DNA from: an uncultured Clostridia bacterium
Lineage (GTDB): Bacteria > Bacillota > Clostridia > TANB77 > CAG-508
Assembly: GCA_948517135.1 (NCBI GenBank)
Contig: CAORJJ010000002.1
Coordinates: 671 to 61,140 of the forward strand
Length of the DNA: 60,470 nt
Direction of reading: 5' to 3'
This document shows, one piece after another, positions 25,264 through 36,605 of the stretch (position 1 is its first letter; every line of letters begins with the position of its first letter). Position numbers and translations under genes: made by a program. Under the pieces are notes generated by a model. The model ran no database searches and was not told the origin of the DNA. It saw only the letters and a program-made list of their open reading frames with translations.

Positions 25264-26808
25264 TTATTTTGCATAATCAATTACTCTAGATTCTCTAATT
25301 ACATTTACTTTTATTTGTCCTGGATATTCCATTTCATTCTCTACTTTTTTAGCAACTTCTCTAGCCATTATAACCATATCAGCATCTGAAACTTTATCTG
25401 GTTTTACTATTAATCTAACTTCACGTCCAGCTTGGATTGCAAATGATTTTTCAACACCTTCAAAAGAATCTGCTATTTCTTCAAGTTTTTCAAGTCTCTT
25501 GATATATGATTCTAATGTTTCTCTTCTAGCACCTGGTCTTGAAGCAGAAATTGCATCAGCAGCTTGTACTAAAACCGCTTCTAAAGTAAGAGGTTCAACA
25601 TCTCCATGATGAGCTTCAACAGCATTGATTATTGTTTGATTCTCTTTATACTTTTTAAGAACTTCAACACCTAATTCAACATGTGTTCCTTCCATATCAT
25701 GGTCTAATGCTTTTCCTAAATCATGTAATAAGCCTGCTCTTCTAGCAATCTTAGAATTAATTCCTAATTCTTCAGCCATTATTCTAGCCAAATTAGACAC
25801 TTCTATTGAGTGATTTAATACGTTTTGTCCATAACTTGTTCTATACTTTAATTTTCCAATTAATTTTATTATATCTGGATGAAGGTTATTAACTCCTGTT
25901 TCTAATGCAGCTCTTTCACCTTCTTCTTTAATAATAGTTGCAACTTCTTCTTTTGCTTTTTCAACCATCTCTTCAATTTTGGCTGGATGAATTCTACCAT
26001 CTTCAATTAATTTTTCAATAGCAATTCTAGCAACTTCTCTTCTTAATGGATCAAATCCAGAAATAATAACTGCCTCTGGAGTATCATCAATTATTAAATC
26101 AATACCTGTAAGTGTTTCTAAAGTTTTTATATTTCTACCTTCTCTACCTATTATTCTTCCTTTCATTTCATCACTAGGAAGTGAAACAACTGATACTGTT
26201 GTTTCTGAAGTATGATCAGCAGCACACTTTTGTATTGCAAAACTTACTATTTCTCTAGCATTTTTAACAGCATCTTCTTTAGCTTTTGCTTCTAAATCTC
26301 TAATTAATTGTGCTTTTTCTTGAGAAATTTCTTTATCTAAATCTGATAATAATTGTTGTTTTGCTTGGTCTTGAGTTAATCCTGAAATTCTTTGTAATTC
26401 CTCCATTTGCTTTTCATAAACTTTTTCTAAGTCTTGTCTTTTTTGCTCGTTATCTGCTAATTTTCTTTCTAAATCTTTTTCTTTACTATCATAAGCAGAA
26501 ACTCTTTTTTCTAAATTTTCTTCTTTTTGAATTAATCTTCTTTCTTGTGCTTGAATGTCGCCTCTTCTTTCTTTAATCTCTAAATCTAAATCATTTCTTA
26601 TTTGTAAAACTTCTTCTTTAGCCTTAATCAATTCTTCTTTTTTTAGATTTTCAGCCTCTATTTTTATGTTTTCAATTAATCTTTTAGCTTCGTTTTCTGC
26701 ACTTTGAATTTTAGATTCTGCAATTTTTTTTCTTATAAAAACACCTATTGGTATAAAAATTACAGCAGAGATTAGAAAAGTGGCAACAATAATTAATGTT
26801 ATTTTCAT
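25264..26808 (-). CDS. rny: ribonuclease Y
   Basis: 514 aa. N-terminal TM, a long coiled coil, a KH domain ([11 protein letters not shown]) and an HD domain (LLHDLGKA). Confidence 0.93.
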   Translation of the reverse strand: MKITLIIVATFLISAVIFIPIGVFIRKKIAESKIQSAENEAKRLIENIKIEAENLKKEELIKAKEEVLQIRNDLDLEIKERRGDIQAQERRLIQKEENLEKRVSAYDSKEKDLERKLADNEQKRQDLEKVYEKQMEELQRISGLTQDQAKQQLLSDLDKEISQEKAQLIRDLEAKAKEDAVKNAREIVSFAIQKCAADHTSETTVSVVSLPSDEMKGRIIGREGRNIKTLETLTGIDLIIDDTPEAVIISGFDPLRREVARIAIEKLIEDGRIHPAKIEEMVEKAKEEVATIIKEEGERAALETGVNNLHPDIIKLIGKLKYRTSYGQNVLNHSIEVSNLARIMAEELGINSKIARRAGLLHDLGKALDHDMEGTHVELGVEVLKKYKENQTIINAVEAHHGDVEPLTLEAVLVQAADAISASRPGARRETLESYIKRLEKLEEIADSFEGVEKSFAIQAGREVRLIVKPDKVSDADMVIMAREVAKKVENEMEYPGQIKVNVIRESRVIDYAK

Positions 26809-26914
26809 AATTACATTTACCTCTTTCTATTAAATTTTCAATGTACAACAAAATTATTTCATAAATTCAATTAATTATTTATATAATTTATATTGTATTT
26901 TTTCCTACATTACT

Positions 26915-26943
26915 ATTTTATATGTATTATTGTAAACTGTCAA
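26915..26943 (-). promoter_or_regulatory. promoter of rny
   Basis: Minus strand TTGACA (26938-26943), a 17-nt spacer, then TAAAAT (26915-26920). Confidence 0.55.
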
Positions 26944-26979
26944 GTTTTTTAGGTATAAAAAGATTAATTAATATTAACA

Positions 26980-27924
26980 TTACTCTTCAAACATCTTATG
27001 AATTGCTTTTTTATAAATGTTTTTAGAAATTTCATATCCATTTGGAATTACTTCTGAAAATTTATTCATACATACACTTCCATTAATTTCCATAACAAGA
27101 ATTTTTTTATTAGAAGTAAGTGCAATATCTATACTGGCAAATTTGATATTCATTACTTTTCCTGCAAGTAATGCTACTTTCTTTATTTGCTCTATATATT
27201 CATCATTTTCATCAATTACAATTGGAGTTGCTCCATTACTTAAATTATGTTTCCAAGATATTGTAATTTCCTCCTTATTCTTAGGAACATAATCCATATC
27301 CAAATCATTTATAATTTCAATATTTATATTATTATTTTGATTTTTTTCATTTATTAAATCTAATAATTTTCTTTTACCATCACCTATTACTGATGGCTTT
27401 TTCTTTTTATAAATATACAAAATTTCATTACACAAATAAATTGCTCTATACTCATAATCTATATCTATATAAGGACATGCACTTAAAGTATCCTTATTTG
27501 ATTTGAATAATTTATTAACAGTATCTTCTATTTCTTGCTTATTAGAGCAAAAATATACATCTTTTCCTTCACATGATTCATTTGCTTTTATAACAACTTT
27601 ATTGTTATTTTCTAAGAGTAATTTTTCTGCCTCTTTAATAAAATCTTCACCATAAAATTTACTTCTTGTTGTTGGATTAAATATCATTCTATGCTCAATT
27701 GTTGGAACATTATTAGATTTTAAAACATCATATGTAGCAAATTTATCATGTGCTATATTATATGAATTAGCTGAATTTAAGTCTAATTGATAACTCATTA
27801 TATAATGCGTTTTATCACCTTTTTTTAATTCCCTTATCCAATTATAAGAAATTCTTTTTTGCTCTATATTTTCTTCTTTACATATTTCATCAATTATTTT
27901 AAAAAATGGTTTATTTTGTTCCAT
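26980..27924 (-). CDS. ATP-grasp domain protein
   Basis: About 314 aa from ATG 27924 (the track ORF starts at an upstream TTG, 27957). The layout is typical of ATP-grasp ligases: KVVIKANESCEGKDVY ..., with C-terminal ASIDIALTSNKKILVMEINGS. The family call comes from overall pattern only. Confidence 0.6.
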   Translation of the reverse strand: MEQNKPFFKIIDEICKEENIEQKRISYNWIRELKKGDKTHYIMSYQLDLNSANSYNIAHDKFATYDVLKSNNVPTIEHRMIFNPTTRSKFYGEDFIKEAEKLLLENNNKVVIKANESCEGKDVYFCSNKQEIEDTVNKLFKSNKDTLSACPYIDIDYEYRAIYLCNEILYIYKKKKPSVIGDGKRKLLDLINEKNQNNNINIEIINDLDMDYVPKNKEEITISWKHNLSNGATPIVIDENDEYIEQIKKVALLAGKVMNIKFASIDIALTSNKKILVMEINGSVCMNKFSEVIPNGYEISKNIYKKAIHKMFEE

Positions 27925-27941
27925 AGTCTCTGCCTTTCTGG

Positions 27942-29592
27942 TTAAATAATTTTGCAAAATAATTTAATTTGTTTTTTATTTATATATTTTCTTATGATTA
28001 ATATTCCACATAAAAATGCTGTAATTAATATAATTTCAGATAGTGCTTTTTCTAAAAATCCACATACTCCTATAATAATTCCAGATTCAACAGCTATAAT
28101 TATAAATTGGAAAAACATATTAAAATTTTGTTTAACAACTGCATATTCTGTTGTCCAATCTAATTTAGGATTTTTCAAATCAATTAAAATCATCAAATAA
28201 TTATTAAAAATATTAGCAAGCATAGCTGTAATAAATATGATTATCATGCTACTTATATCAAAACTATTCACTAACACTTTTTCAAATCCTATAACATATA
28301 TTACAGGAACTATATTTAAAATTATTCCTGGAAGTATTTTATATAGTATTTGCTTATTAATTGATACTGGTATTTGTTTTATAAATGTACTATCTCGTCC
28401 ATCTCTCGAAATTGCTGTTAATGCTATAAAATTAAATATATACATAATCAGTATTGCAATTAAAGTTACTGCAAATCCTACTTGTGAATTTATATATTCA
28501 CCAAGATTGTTTGTATATGATATTATTGCTTCTCCACCTGAATCTTTATATGACATAATCACTGGTATTGAAAAAATTATTGGAAATAATAAAGAAGGTA
28601 ATACACACTGCATAAAATATATAGGATTTCTTACTAGAATTTTAAATTCTTTTTTTACATAAGTTTTCCACAGTTTATCTTTTACAAATACCTTTTCAGC
28701 ATTTATTGCTTTACTCTTTTTGTTTCCCATAGATATAATTGAAGTTGCTGTTTTTATATAGATTTTAGCAATTAGTAAACACACTATAAAATATACACTA
28801 ATTGACTCTAAAAATAAAATACACAAACTTTTTATTCCATTAATATTATTATAGTTTTCTACTATTTTTAATGTTGGCTTTATTGTAATAAATAAATTAG
28901 ATGCATTATTTATCATATTTTCTTTTGAAATAATACTATTAGCTAGTTCTTCATTATTTAAATTTTGATTTCCTCCAGTAGAGCCACCAAAAAATTGAAT
29001 CATTACTACTAAGAAAAGTGTAATAAAAACAGATAAATATTGTACAACTTCTTTATTTTTTATAATTTTAGTAAATTTCATTACTAAAATTATAACTAAA
29101 GCAGATGCTACAACAGGTATAATTGGCAATAATAAAATTATTGATAATCCGTATTATATAAAACAATAATTCACATTTTAGCAATATTCCATATGTAATA
29201 AATAATGGAGCTAAAAATACAATAGATATAAAATATTGTGCAATAATTAAACAATTAAACTTTGCCATAATTATTTTTAGTGGACTAATTGGTAATGGTA
29301 ATAAATTTTCTATATCTTTTGAAAAAAACAATAAATTTAAGCTAGTAAATAATGTTTGAATAATTCCAAGTAAAATACTGGCCGAAAAGCACATTTTCAA
29401 AAATAAAATTTCTTGATTTAAAGGTTTTAAGCTTAATATACATATATATGACATATATGCTACAAGTCCACCAATATATGAATATACAAACAAATATAAA
29501 ATTATTTTTCCAATTTTGCTTTCCTTTTTACTACCACTTTTATTTAAAGAGCTTTTAAATAAAAGTTTTGTAAGTAATAATACATCTTTCAT
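27942..29592 (-). pseudogene. ABC exporter permease (putative-ABC-exporter type, about 550 aa) split by a frameshift
   Basis: Track ORFs 29068..29592 and 27942..29129 overlap in different frames. The hydrophobic reading continues as ...LFYI / YGLSIILLLPIIPVV if one base is removed near 29154. The out-of-frame tail NNFIIANYTCCSICFSYNF looks unnatural. Confidence 0.65.
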
Positions 29593-29596
29593 AATT

Positions 29597-30317
29597 TTAC
29601 TCCGTAATTTCTAAAAATAATTCTTCTAAAGAAGCATCTTCTTTAAACTTTTTCTTCATTTCTTCATAAGTTCCTACAAAAATTAATTTACCTTTATTTA
29701 TAATTCCAATTCTATCACACAATTTTTCTGCAACCTCTAAAACATGTGTAGAAAAAAACACTGTGTTTCCAGAGTCTGCATGTTCTCTCATAAGATTTTT
29801 TAAATCATGTGCAGATTTAGGATCTAATCCTGTCATTGGTTCATCTAATATCCAATTTTTTGGATTATGTAGCATTGCTCCAATAACAATTATTTTTTGT
29901 CTCATACCATGTGAATAACTTTGTATTCTGTCATTCAAATTGTCATACATATCAAATATTTTTGAATATTTCTCAATACGACTTTTTCTATCTTCATTTG
30001 AAACATTATATATATCTGCAAGAAAGTTTAAGTATTCTATTCCTTTTAATTTCAAAAATAAATCTGGACTATCTGGAACAAAGCCAAATCTCTTTTTAGC
30101 CTCTATTGGATTATCTTTTATACTAATATCATCTATAAATATATTTCCATCATCTATATCCAGTATACCTGTAATCATCTTTATAGTAGTTGTTTTTCCA
30201 GCTCCGATTTGGGCCTAAAAAACCAAAAATTTCTCCATTTTTAATATCTAAAATTAAATTATCAATAGTTTTATTCTCTTTTACATATGATTTACTTAAA
30301 TTTTCTATTTTTATCAT
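29597..30317 (-). pseudogene. ABC transporter ATP-binding protein with a +1 insertion inside Walker A
   Basis: Reading from ATG 30317 (GGAG RBS) gives MIKIENLSKSY...GEIFGFLGPN, then goes out of frame. Removing base 30206 restores GPNGAGKTTTIKMITGIL. Downstream are the LSGGM-like SHGMRQK motif and Walker B (ILDEPMTGLD). Confidence 0.8.
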
Positions 30318-30432
30318 ATACTTCTCCTTCAAATAAGATTTAGGGATATATTAAAATTTCATAATTTATAAAAATAATGGGACTGTCTTTTATCACTTTT
30401 GTGAAATTTTAAGACTGTCCCTAAATTTCATT

Positions 30433-32466
30433 TTACTTTATTTTAGTTATAATTTTTATAACTTCTGAAACACTCCAAGCTTGTGAAAATGTTCCATTTG
30501 CAATAAATGGTGCTTGTGAGTTATAAAGTTCTGAAATACTTCCAATTCCAACATCATTAACTTCATTCTTGAATGTTGAAAATACATTTTTTATAAGTTT
30601 TTCATATTCAATTAGCAACTTTTCTTTTTCTAATCTATCTTTTTCGTCATTTATTATATTTCTTAGAGCATCATGATATAATCCAATTGGCCATACCCAA
30701 ACAACACCTTGATGATATGCAGAATCTCTTTGTACTGGTCCACCTTCATAATATGGTATATATCCATCTTCACCTTTTGCAAGTGTACGCAAGCCATATC
30801 TAGTAAGTAATTTTGTTGTACAAGTTTTAAAAATATTTTTTCCAATTTCTGATGATGGTTTAATTACTGGATATGTCGTAGAAATACTAAATAATTGATT
30901 TGGTCTAATTTTATTATCACCAATAACATCATATAATGCTTTTTTCTTCTTATTATAAAATTGATTTTGAAATTCCTTCTGATGTTTCATTGCTAACTTT
31001 CTATACATATCAGAAAAATCTTTTTCATCATATTTTATTGCTAAGTTTTCTAATGTTTTTAGAGCATTATACCAAAGAGCATTTAACTCTACTACTTTAC
31101 CATTTCTAGGTGTAATTGCAACATTACCAATTTTAGCATCCATCCAGGTATTTTGAGTAGTTTCTGTACCTGATGATAATAACCCATCTTCATCAATATA
31201 AATATTATTATCATCTAAATTTATTCCATTCATATAATTTTTTATTATATCTTTTAAATGTTCATAAATATTTTCTTTTATAAAATCATAGTCTTTTGTA
31301 TATTGCAAATATTTATTAACTTGTTCAAAAAGTAAAAGTGATGCATCTGCACTATTATACAATGGCCTGTTATCAAATCCTGAATAACCATTTGGGACTA
31401 ATCCACATTTAATATCTCTTGTAAATGTAAGTAATATTTCTTTTGCTAAGTCATATCTTTTAGTTATCAAAAGCAATCCTTCATAAGCAATAAGCGTATC
31501 TCTTCCCCAATCTAAAAACCAAGGAAATCCTGCAATAATAGAATGCGTTCCAAATGCCTGTCTTTTAATTACAAAAGAGTCTGATGTAACAATTAAGTTC
31601 TTTAATAGTTCATTCAAGTCTTTTTCATTTTTAGTAAGTTTAGCTTTTTTTATTAAAAGATTTGAATCATCTATAATATTTTCTAATCTTTGAATTTCAT
31701 CTCTAATTACTTTATTACTATCAACTTGTTCAGTATTATCCTCAAGTGAAGCTACAAAAGTAATTTCTTTTGATTCTTTTGCTTTTACTTGTATTTCATA
31801 CCTTCCAGGAACAATTAAATCTTCTTCTGCATCAAATCCTCTTTCATCTTCTTTTAAGTAATACATATTTTTAAATACATCATTTTGATGTTCAATATAA
31901 ATACTATCATTTACATATGTATATATTGGTACACTAGCATTTCCATCAATTTCAATTCTAACTTTAGAATTATCTATCTTTTGTTTTAATGAAAATTGAT
32001 GATTTGGTGTCATATAATGAAAATCTCTAAAATTTAAAACTGGTGCTAATGTTAGTTTAAAATCATTTTTTCCATTTTTAATTTTATATTGAACTACAAC
32101 TGTATTTCTTCCATAAATCATGGAAATCGTTTTTACTATTTTTATATCTTTAAATTTATAAGTAAATATTGGTAAATATTCTTTTTCAAAACTGTCTAAA
32201 TATTTATAACCATCTGAAATATAATTTTTACATACATTTGTATATAAATTATACTCTTCTCCATTTACTTCTACTTTTTCATCCAATTTAGAAATCAATA
32301 AATGTCTTTGAGCAGGTTGCATTAATGGTGCAACTAAAAGTCCATGATATCTTCTAGTATTTGCACCTACAACTGTTGATGAGCAAAATCCTCCTAAACC
32401 ATTTGTTATAATCCATTCTTTATTTAAACACTCTTTTAAATCTATCTTTTTTTTACTTATTTTCAT
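30433..32466 (-). CDS. glycogen debranching enzyme (amylo-alpha-1,6-glucosidase family)
   Basis: 677 aa. The N-terminal motif is TNGLGGFCSSTVVGANTRRYHGLL. The C-terminal (alpha/alpha)6-type region has FPWFLDWGRDT and QAWSVSE. Confidence 0.85.
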   Translation of the reverse strand: MKISKKKIDLKECLNKEWIITNGLGGFCSSTVVGANTRRYHGLLVAPLMQPAQRHLLISKLDEKVEVNGEEYNLYTNVCKNYISDGYKYLDSFEKEYLPIFTYKFKDIKIVKTISMIYGRNTVVVQYKIKNGKNDFKLTLAPVLNFRDFHYMTPNHQFSLKQKIDNSKVRIEIDGNASVPIYTYVNDSIYIEHQNDVFKNMYYLKEDERGFDAEEDLIVPGRYEIQVKAKESKEITFVASLEDNTEQVDSNKVIRDEIQRLENIIDDSNLLIKKAKLTKNEKDLNELLKNLIVTSDSFVIKRQAFGTHSIIAGFPWFLDWGRDTLIAYEGLLLITKRYDLAKEILLTFTRDIKCGLVPNGYSGFDNRPLYNSADASLLLFEQVNKYLQYTKDYDFIKENIYEHLKDIIKNYMNGINLDDNNIYIDEDGLLSSGTETTQNTWMDAKIGNVAITPRNGKVVELNALWYNALKTLENLAIKYDEKDFSDMYRKLAMKHQKEFQNQFYNKKKKALYDVIGDNKIRPNQLFSISTTYPVIKPSSEIGKNIFKTCTTKLLTRYGLRTLAKGEDGYIPYYEGGPVQRDSAYHQGVVWVWPIGLYHDALRNIINDEKDRLEKEKLLIEYEKLIKNVFSTFKNEVNDVGIGSISELYNSQAPFIANGTFSQAWSVSEVIKIITKIK

Positions 32467-32507
32467 TTGTACTTTTCCTTTTCTTTGCTTTTTATAATAT
32501 ATAAAAA

Positions 32508-34085
32508 TTATTGTTTGTTTTTATTTTTATTTAAAGATTCTCTTTTAGTATTTTCCATTTTCTCTATTTCTTTAGCCAATTTTCTATTTTCTGCAATTTT
32601 CTTTTCTGTATTTTTTATTGAACTAATTCTATCCATATATTTTTCGTTAAATTTACTTTTTTTCTTAGCATCATGTGTTTTTTTGTTTTTTAATGAAGGT
32701 TTTTTTGAAACTTTAACTAAACGCTTTTCATTTTGAGCGATTAACTTTTTCTGTTCTTTTAATACAGATTGTAATAATAAATATTCAGTATTATTCTGCA
32801 TATCATGGAATTTCAAATCATTGCATATCATTTCAATTATAGTTGCTGCTATAACTTCTGGATTATGACGAACTCTTCCATCTTTAATTGAAGACATATT
32901 TCTCTGAATAATTTTAATATTATAATTACTTAATTTCTTATTATCTATTTCAACTAAATCTGCACCTTCTTTATTATACTTTCTTATATATTCAGGCACA
33001 ACTTCACCAGTATCTGCTAAACAATAATCTATTATATCTGTACCAACATGTTCTTTTATTGCTCTAAAATGCTCTGATAAATCATAATTATCTGTTTGAC
33101 CTGGTTCAGTCATAATGTTTGAAATATAAAATTTCATTGCTTTGCTATCTCTTATTGCTTTAGAAACATTTTTTACAAGTAAATTTGGTAATACATTTGT
33201 ATATAAACTTCCAGGTCCAATAATTATAACATCTGCATCTTCAATAGCTTCTATAACTCCTGCTGCTGGTCTGCAATTTGAAGGTGCAATATAAATCCTA
33301 TTTATTTTTTCAACCTTCTCTGCAACAACCTCTGGTATTCTATCTTTTTGCTTTATTGTAGTTCCATCTGCTAATTCAGCACAAATTGTGATTTCATCTA
33401 AAGTTACTGGAATTACTTTTCCATTAATATTTAAAACTTCTGTACTTTTAGCAATTGCTTCTGAGATATTTCCATATATTTCATTCATTGCAGTTAAATA
33501 AATATCTCCAAAATTCAAACCTATTAATCTTTCATTTCTAAAATTTAGATTCATAAGTTTTCTCATAAGTTCATCTTTATCAGACATTGCAATTATACTA
33601 TCTTTTATATCTTTTAATGGTAATGTATCTAAGGCTCTTCTTGAATCTGTTGAAATATTTCCATAATCTGACATAGTAACAATTGCTGTTATATTATTTG
33701 TATATTTTTTAAATCCTTCTATAACTGTATTTAGTCCTTTTCCACCACCAATTACAACAACTTTTGGACCTTCTTCATATACTTTTTTATTAAATATTAA
33801 TGATTTTATATTTAATTGGGCTTTTTTACCCTTTTCTGTTGAAGTGTTATTTGCTTCAATTATTATCTCTAAAGATCTTTTTTGTATAAAAACAACACTC
33901 ACAACTATTGAAATAAAACCAACAACAAATATTACTATTGTTTTTCCTAATTCAAAAAATGTAATTTCTTCTGATACTAATATTTTTGCAATACCATAAC
34001 AAACAAGTACTATACCAAACAAAATTAAAAGAATCCATCTTTTAACTTTGGTACTAGCTTTAAACCATTCAAAAAAAGATTTCAT
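32508..34085 (-). CDS. YvcK/CofD-family (gluconeogenesis factor-like) protein with N-terminal TM helices and a Lys-rich tail
   Basis: 525 aa. The core has VVVIGGGKGL ... IIIGPGSLYTNVLPNLL, typical of YvcK. Two to three TM helices precede the core, and about 100 K/E-rich residues follow it. Confidence 0.8.
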   Translation of the reverse strand: MKSFFEWFKASTKVKRWILLILFGIVLVCYGIAKILVSEEITFFELGKTIVIFVVGFISIVVSVVFIQKRSLEIIIEANNTSTEKGKKAQLNIKSLIFNKKVYEEGPKVVVIGGGKGLNTVIEGFKKYTNNITAIVTMSDYGNISTDSRRALDTLPLKDIKDSIIAMSDKDELMRKLMNLNFRNERLIGLNFGDIYLTAMNEIYGNISEAIAKSTEVLNINGKVIPVTLDEITICAELADGTTIKQKDRIPEVVAEKVEKINRIYIAPSNCRPAAGVIEAIEDADVIIIGPGSLYTNVLPNLLVKNVSKAIRDSKAMKFYISNIMTEPGQTDNYDLSEHFRAIKEHVGTDIIDYCLADTGEVVPEYIRKYNKEGADLVEIDNKKLSNYNIKIIQRNMSSIKDGRVRHNPEVIAATIIEMICNDLKFHDMQNNTEYLLLQSVLKEQKKLIAQNEKRLVKVSKKPSLKNKKTHDAKKKSKFNEKYMDRISSIKNTEKKIAENRKLAKEIEKMENTKRESLNKNKNKQ

Positions 34086-35005
34086 TATTTTTCATCTCCT
34101 AATACTATTATTTCTAATTCTATGTCTACATCAAATTTCTTTTTAACTTCACATTTTATATGTTGGGTTAAATTTAAAATATCATTTGCTGTTGCTTTGC
34201 CTTTATTTATTATAAATCCAGCATGTTTTATTGATACTTCTGCATCTCCAATACTATAACCCTTTAAACCACATTCATCAATTAATTTGGCTGTTATATA
34301 GCCCTCTTTTCTTTTAAAAGTACTACCAGCATTTGGATATTCTAAAGGTTGTTTTTCTTTTCTTAGCTTTGAATATTCTTTTATCTGATTCTCTATTTCT
34401 TCTTTATTTCCTTTTTCACCTTTAATTGTTGTATCGATAATTATTACATCTTTTAGATTTGCGAAAACACTATTTCTATATTCAAATTTATGTTCATCTA
34501 AATTTAATGTTTTAATTTTTCCATCATAAGTCATATACCTAGATTTAACAACAACATCCTTCATTTCTTTCCCATAAGCTCCTGCATTCATACGAATTGC
34601 TCCGCCTACAGTTCCTGGAATTCCAGATAGAAATTCCAATCCAGAAATCTCTTCTTTAGTTGCAATTAATGCTAATGTTGCAAGTGACATTCCTGATTCC
34701 ACAGTTAATTGAATTTCGCTAGAACTTCTTTTAATTTTAAAGTTATTCAAATTAAGTTTTATAACAAATCCTCTAATTCCACCTTCTCTAACTAAAAGAT
34801 TAGTTCCATTCCCAACAATTGTAATTGGTATTTTATTTGATTCTGCAATTTTCAAAACATTTTTTAGTTCTTGAACAGAATTAACAACTATATAATAATC
34901 TGCAATTCCTCCAATTTTAAAAGAAGTATGTTTTGACATAGGTTCATTTTTTAAGATGTTCTTACTATTTATAACATCTTGTAATATTTTTTCAACATCT
35001 TCCAT
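34085..35005 (-). CDS. murB: UDP-N-acetylenolpyruvoylglucosamine reductase
   Basis: 306 aa. FAD-binding motifs are HTSFKIGGIADYY and GNGTNLLV. The C-terminal motif is NAGSTFKR. The stop overlaps the yvcK-like start (TAATG). Confidence 0.92.
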   Translation of the reverse strand: MEDVEKILQDVINSKNILKNEPMSKHTSFKIGGIADYYIVVNSVQELKNVLKIAESNKIPITIVGNGTNLLVREGGIRGFVIKLNLNNFKIKRSSSEIQLTVESGMSLATLALIATKEEISGLEFLSGIPGTVGGAIRMNAGAYGKEMKDVVVKSRYMTYDGKIKTLNLDEHKFEYRNSVFANLKDVIIIDTTIKGEKGNKEEIENQIKEYSKLRKEKQPLEYPNAGSTFKRKEGYITAKLIDECGLKGYSIGDAEVSIKHAGFIINKGKATANDILNLTQHIKCEVKKKFDVDIELEIIVLGDEK

Positions 35006-35158
35006 TTTGCCATTCCCTTCTGACGATATTTTATTTTATAAAACATAAACATATACTATCATTTTTTTAGAATTTTTACAATATAAAAATTACTATTTTG
35101 TTAGTAAAAATATATAGTATAAAATAAATAATAATTTACCAAAAGAACAAAATAAAAA

Positions 35159-35181
35159 GAAGTAGAATTAACCTCTACTTC
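35159..35181 (-). terminator. terminator of the GT2 gene
   Basis: The GAAGTAGA/TCTACTTC stem is followed by a T-run on the minus strand. Confidence 0.65.
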
Positions 35182-35194
35182 TCAACTATTTTTA

Positions 35195-36436
35195 CTAATT
35201 TAATGTATTAGAAGATACTTCTTTTATATTAATATCTCTAACGTGTTCAATTTTTTCCCATGTTGTAGTTGGTTTTATTAAACATTTTATATTTATTAAA
35301 ATCCATGATCCTAAGAATAATGGATAACAAAAAATTCCTTTTATCATTGGTCTGATTTCCTTCTTCTCTAATGCCATTATTAACGTTCCTGTAATTACTG
35401 GAAGAATAAATGTTGCAATTAAATATCTTGAAAAATTCCCAACTAAATCAGCAAATGTCATTTCAGCACCTAAATATAATAATGTATTTATTCCTAATAA
35501 AAGAAATGTTAAAAGCATCATAGGTATACCAAACATATATAATAATCCATCAAAATTCATTAATGTTTTATGCTCTTTTACTCCATTAGCTAATTCTTTT
35601 GTGTATCTTTTCATACATTGTAAATGACCAACTGACCATCTTGAACGTTGAGACCAACTTGCTTTAAATGTTGTTGGTTGTTCATCATATACTATTGCAT
35701 CAACAGCCCAACCTAATTTTCTACCTTGAGCTATATTTATTAAAGAATATTCTATATCTTCTGTTAATGTTTCTGTTTGCCATCCTTCTGGTTTTAATAA
35801 ATCAAACTTTACCATAAATCCTGTACCATTTAATAATGGTGATAAACCTAAATTATATCTTGCTAAATGGTAAAATCTATGCATCATCCAATAAAATATT
35901 GCATATCCTGATGATACCCAACTATCAGTAGGATTTTTTATATCTCTATATCCTTGAACAACTTCTTCTCCTTGGCATAATTTCTTATTCATGTTCTTCA
36001 AGAAATTTTTATCTACTATATTATCTGCATCAAATACACACATTGCATCATAATCAGCATTTTCTTCAATTTTCTGTTGTAAAAACCAATTTAATGCAAA
36101 CCCTTTTGTTTTATGTTCTTCATCAAATCTTTTTAAAACGATTGCTCCTGCATCTTTTGCTATTTTAGCAGTATTATCGTTACAGTTATCTGCAATTACA
36201 TAAATATCATATAATTCTCTTGGATAATCTTGTTCTTGCAAACTATCTACCAAATTTTTAATTACTGATTCCTCATTATGAGCAGGTATAACTGCCATAA
36301 ATTTGTGATCTTTTTCAATTAATAATTTCTTATCTTTTAATTTTATTAGTGAGCAAAAACTTACTACTATTTGATATGCCCAATATATAGTTATTATCCA
36401 TATCAAAGCTTGTTGTAGAAGATATAAATACTTCAT
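35195..36436 (-). CDS. membrane-embedded family 2 glycosyltransferase (processive synthase type)
   Basis: 413 aa. Motifs are VIPAHNEE, VFDADN and QRSRW (QxxRW), with N- and C-terminal TM helices. Confidence 0.82.
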   Translation of the reverse strand: MKYLYLLQQALIWIITIYWAYQIVVSFCSLIKLKDKKLLIEKDHKFMAVIPAHNEESVIKNLVDSLQEQDYPRELYDIYVIADNCNDNTAKIAKDAGAIVLKRFDEEHKTKGFALNWFLQQKIEENADYDAMCVFDADNIVDKNFLKNMNKKLCQGEEVVQGYRDIKNPTDSWVSSGYAIFYWMMHRFYHLARYNLGLSPLLNGTGFMVKFDLLKPEGWQTETLTEDIEYSLINIAQGRKLGWAVDAIVYDEQPTTFKASWSQRSRWSVGHLQCMKRYTKELANGVKEHKTLMNFDGLLYMFGIPMMLLTFLLLGINTLLYLGAEMTFADLVGNFSRYLIATFILPVITGTLIMALEKKEIRPMIKGIFCYPLFLGSWILINIKCLIKPTTTWEKIEHVRDINIKEVSSNTLN

Positions 36437-36497
36437 TTTTCAACCTCTCTTTATATGTTTTTGGTATGTAATACCATTTTACTATTACACAGTTTCT

Positions 36498-36526
36498 ATT
36501 ATACCATTTTATGGATTTCATTTCAA
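36498..36526 (-). promoter_or_regulatory. proximal promoter of the GT2 gene
   Basis: Minus strand TTGAAA (36521-36526), a 17-nt spacer, then TATAAT (36498-36503). Confidence 0.6.
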
Positions 36527-36605
36527 GTTTTTTAAGAAAAATTAAGAATTTTGTAGAATCGTGCCTACATTGTATTATAAAGCTTTTTCAAAATTTTATT
36601 AGTAA

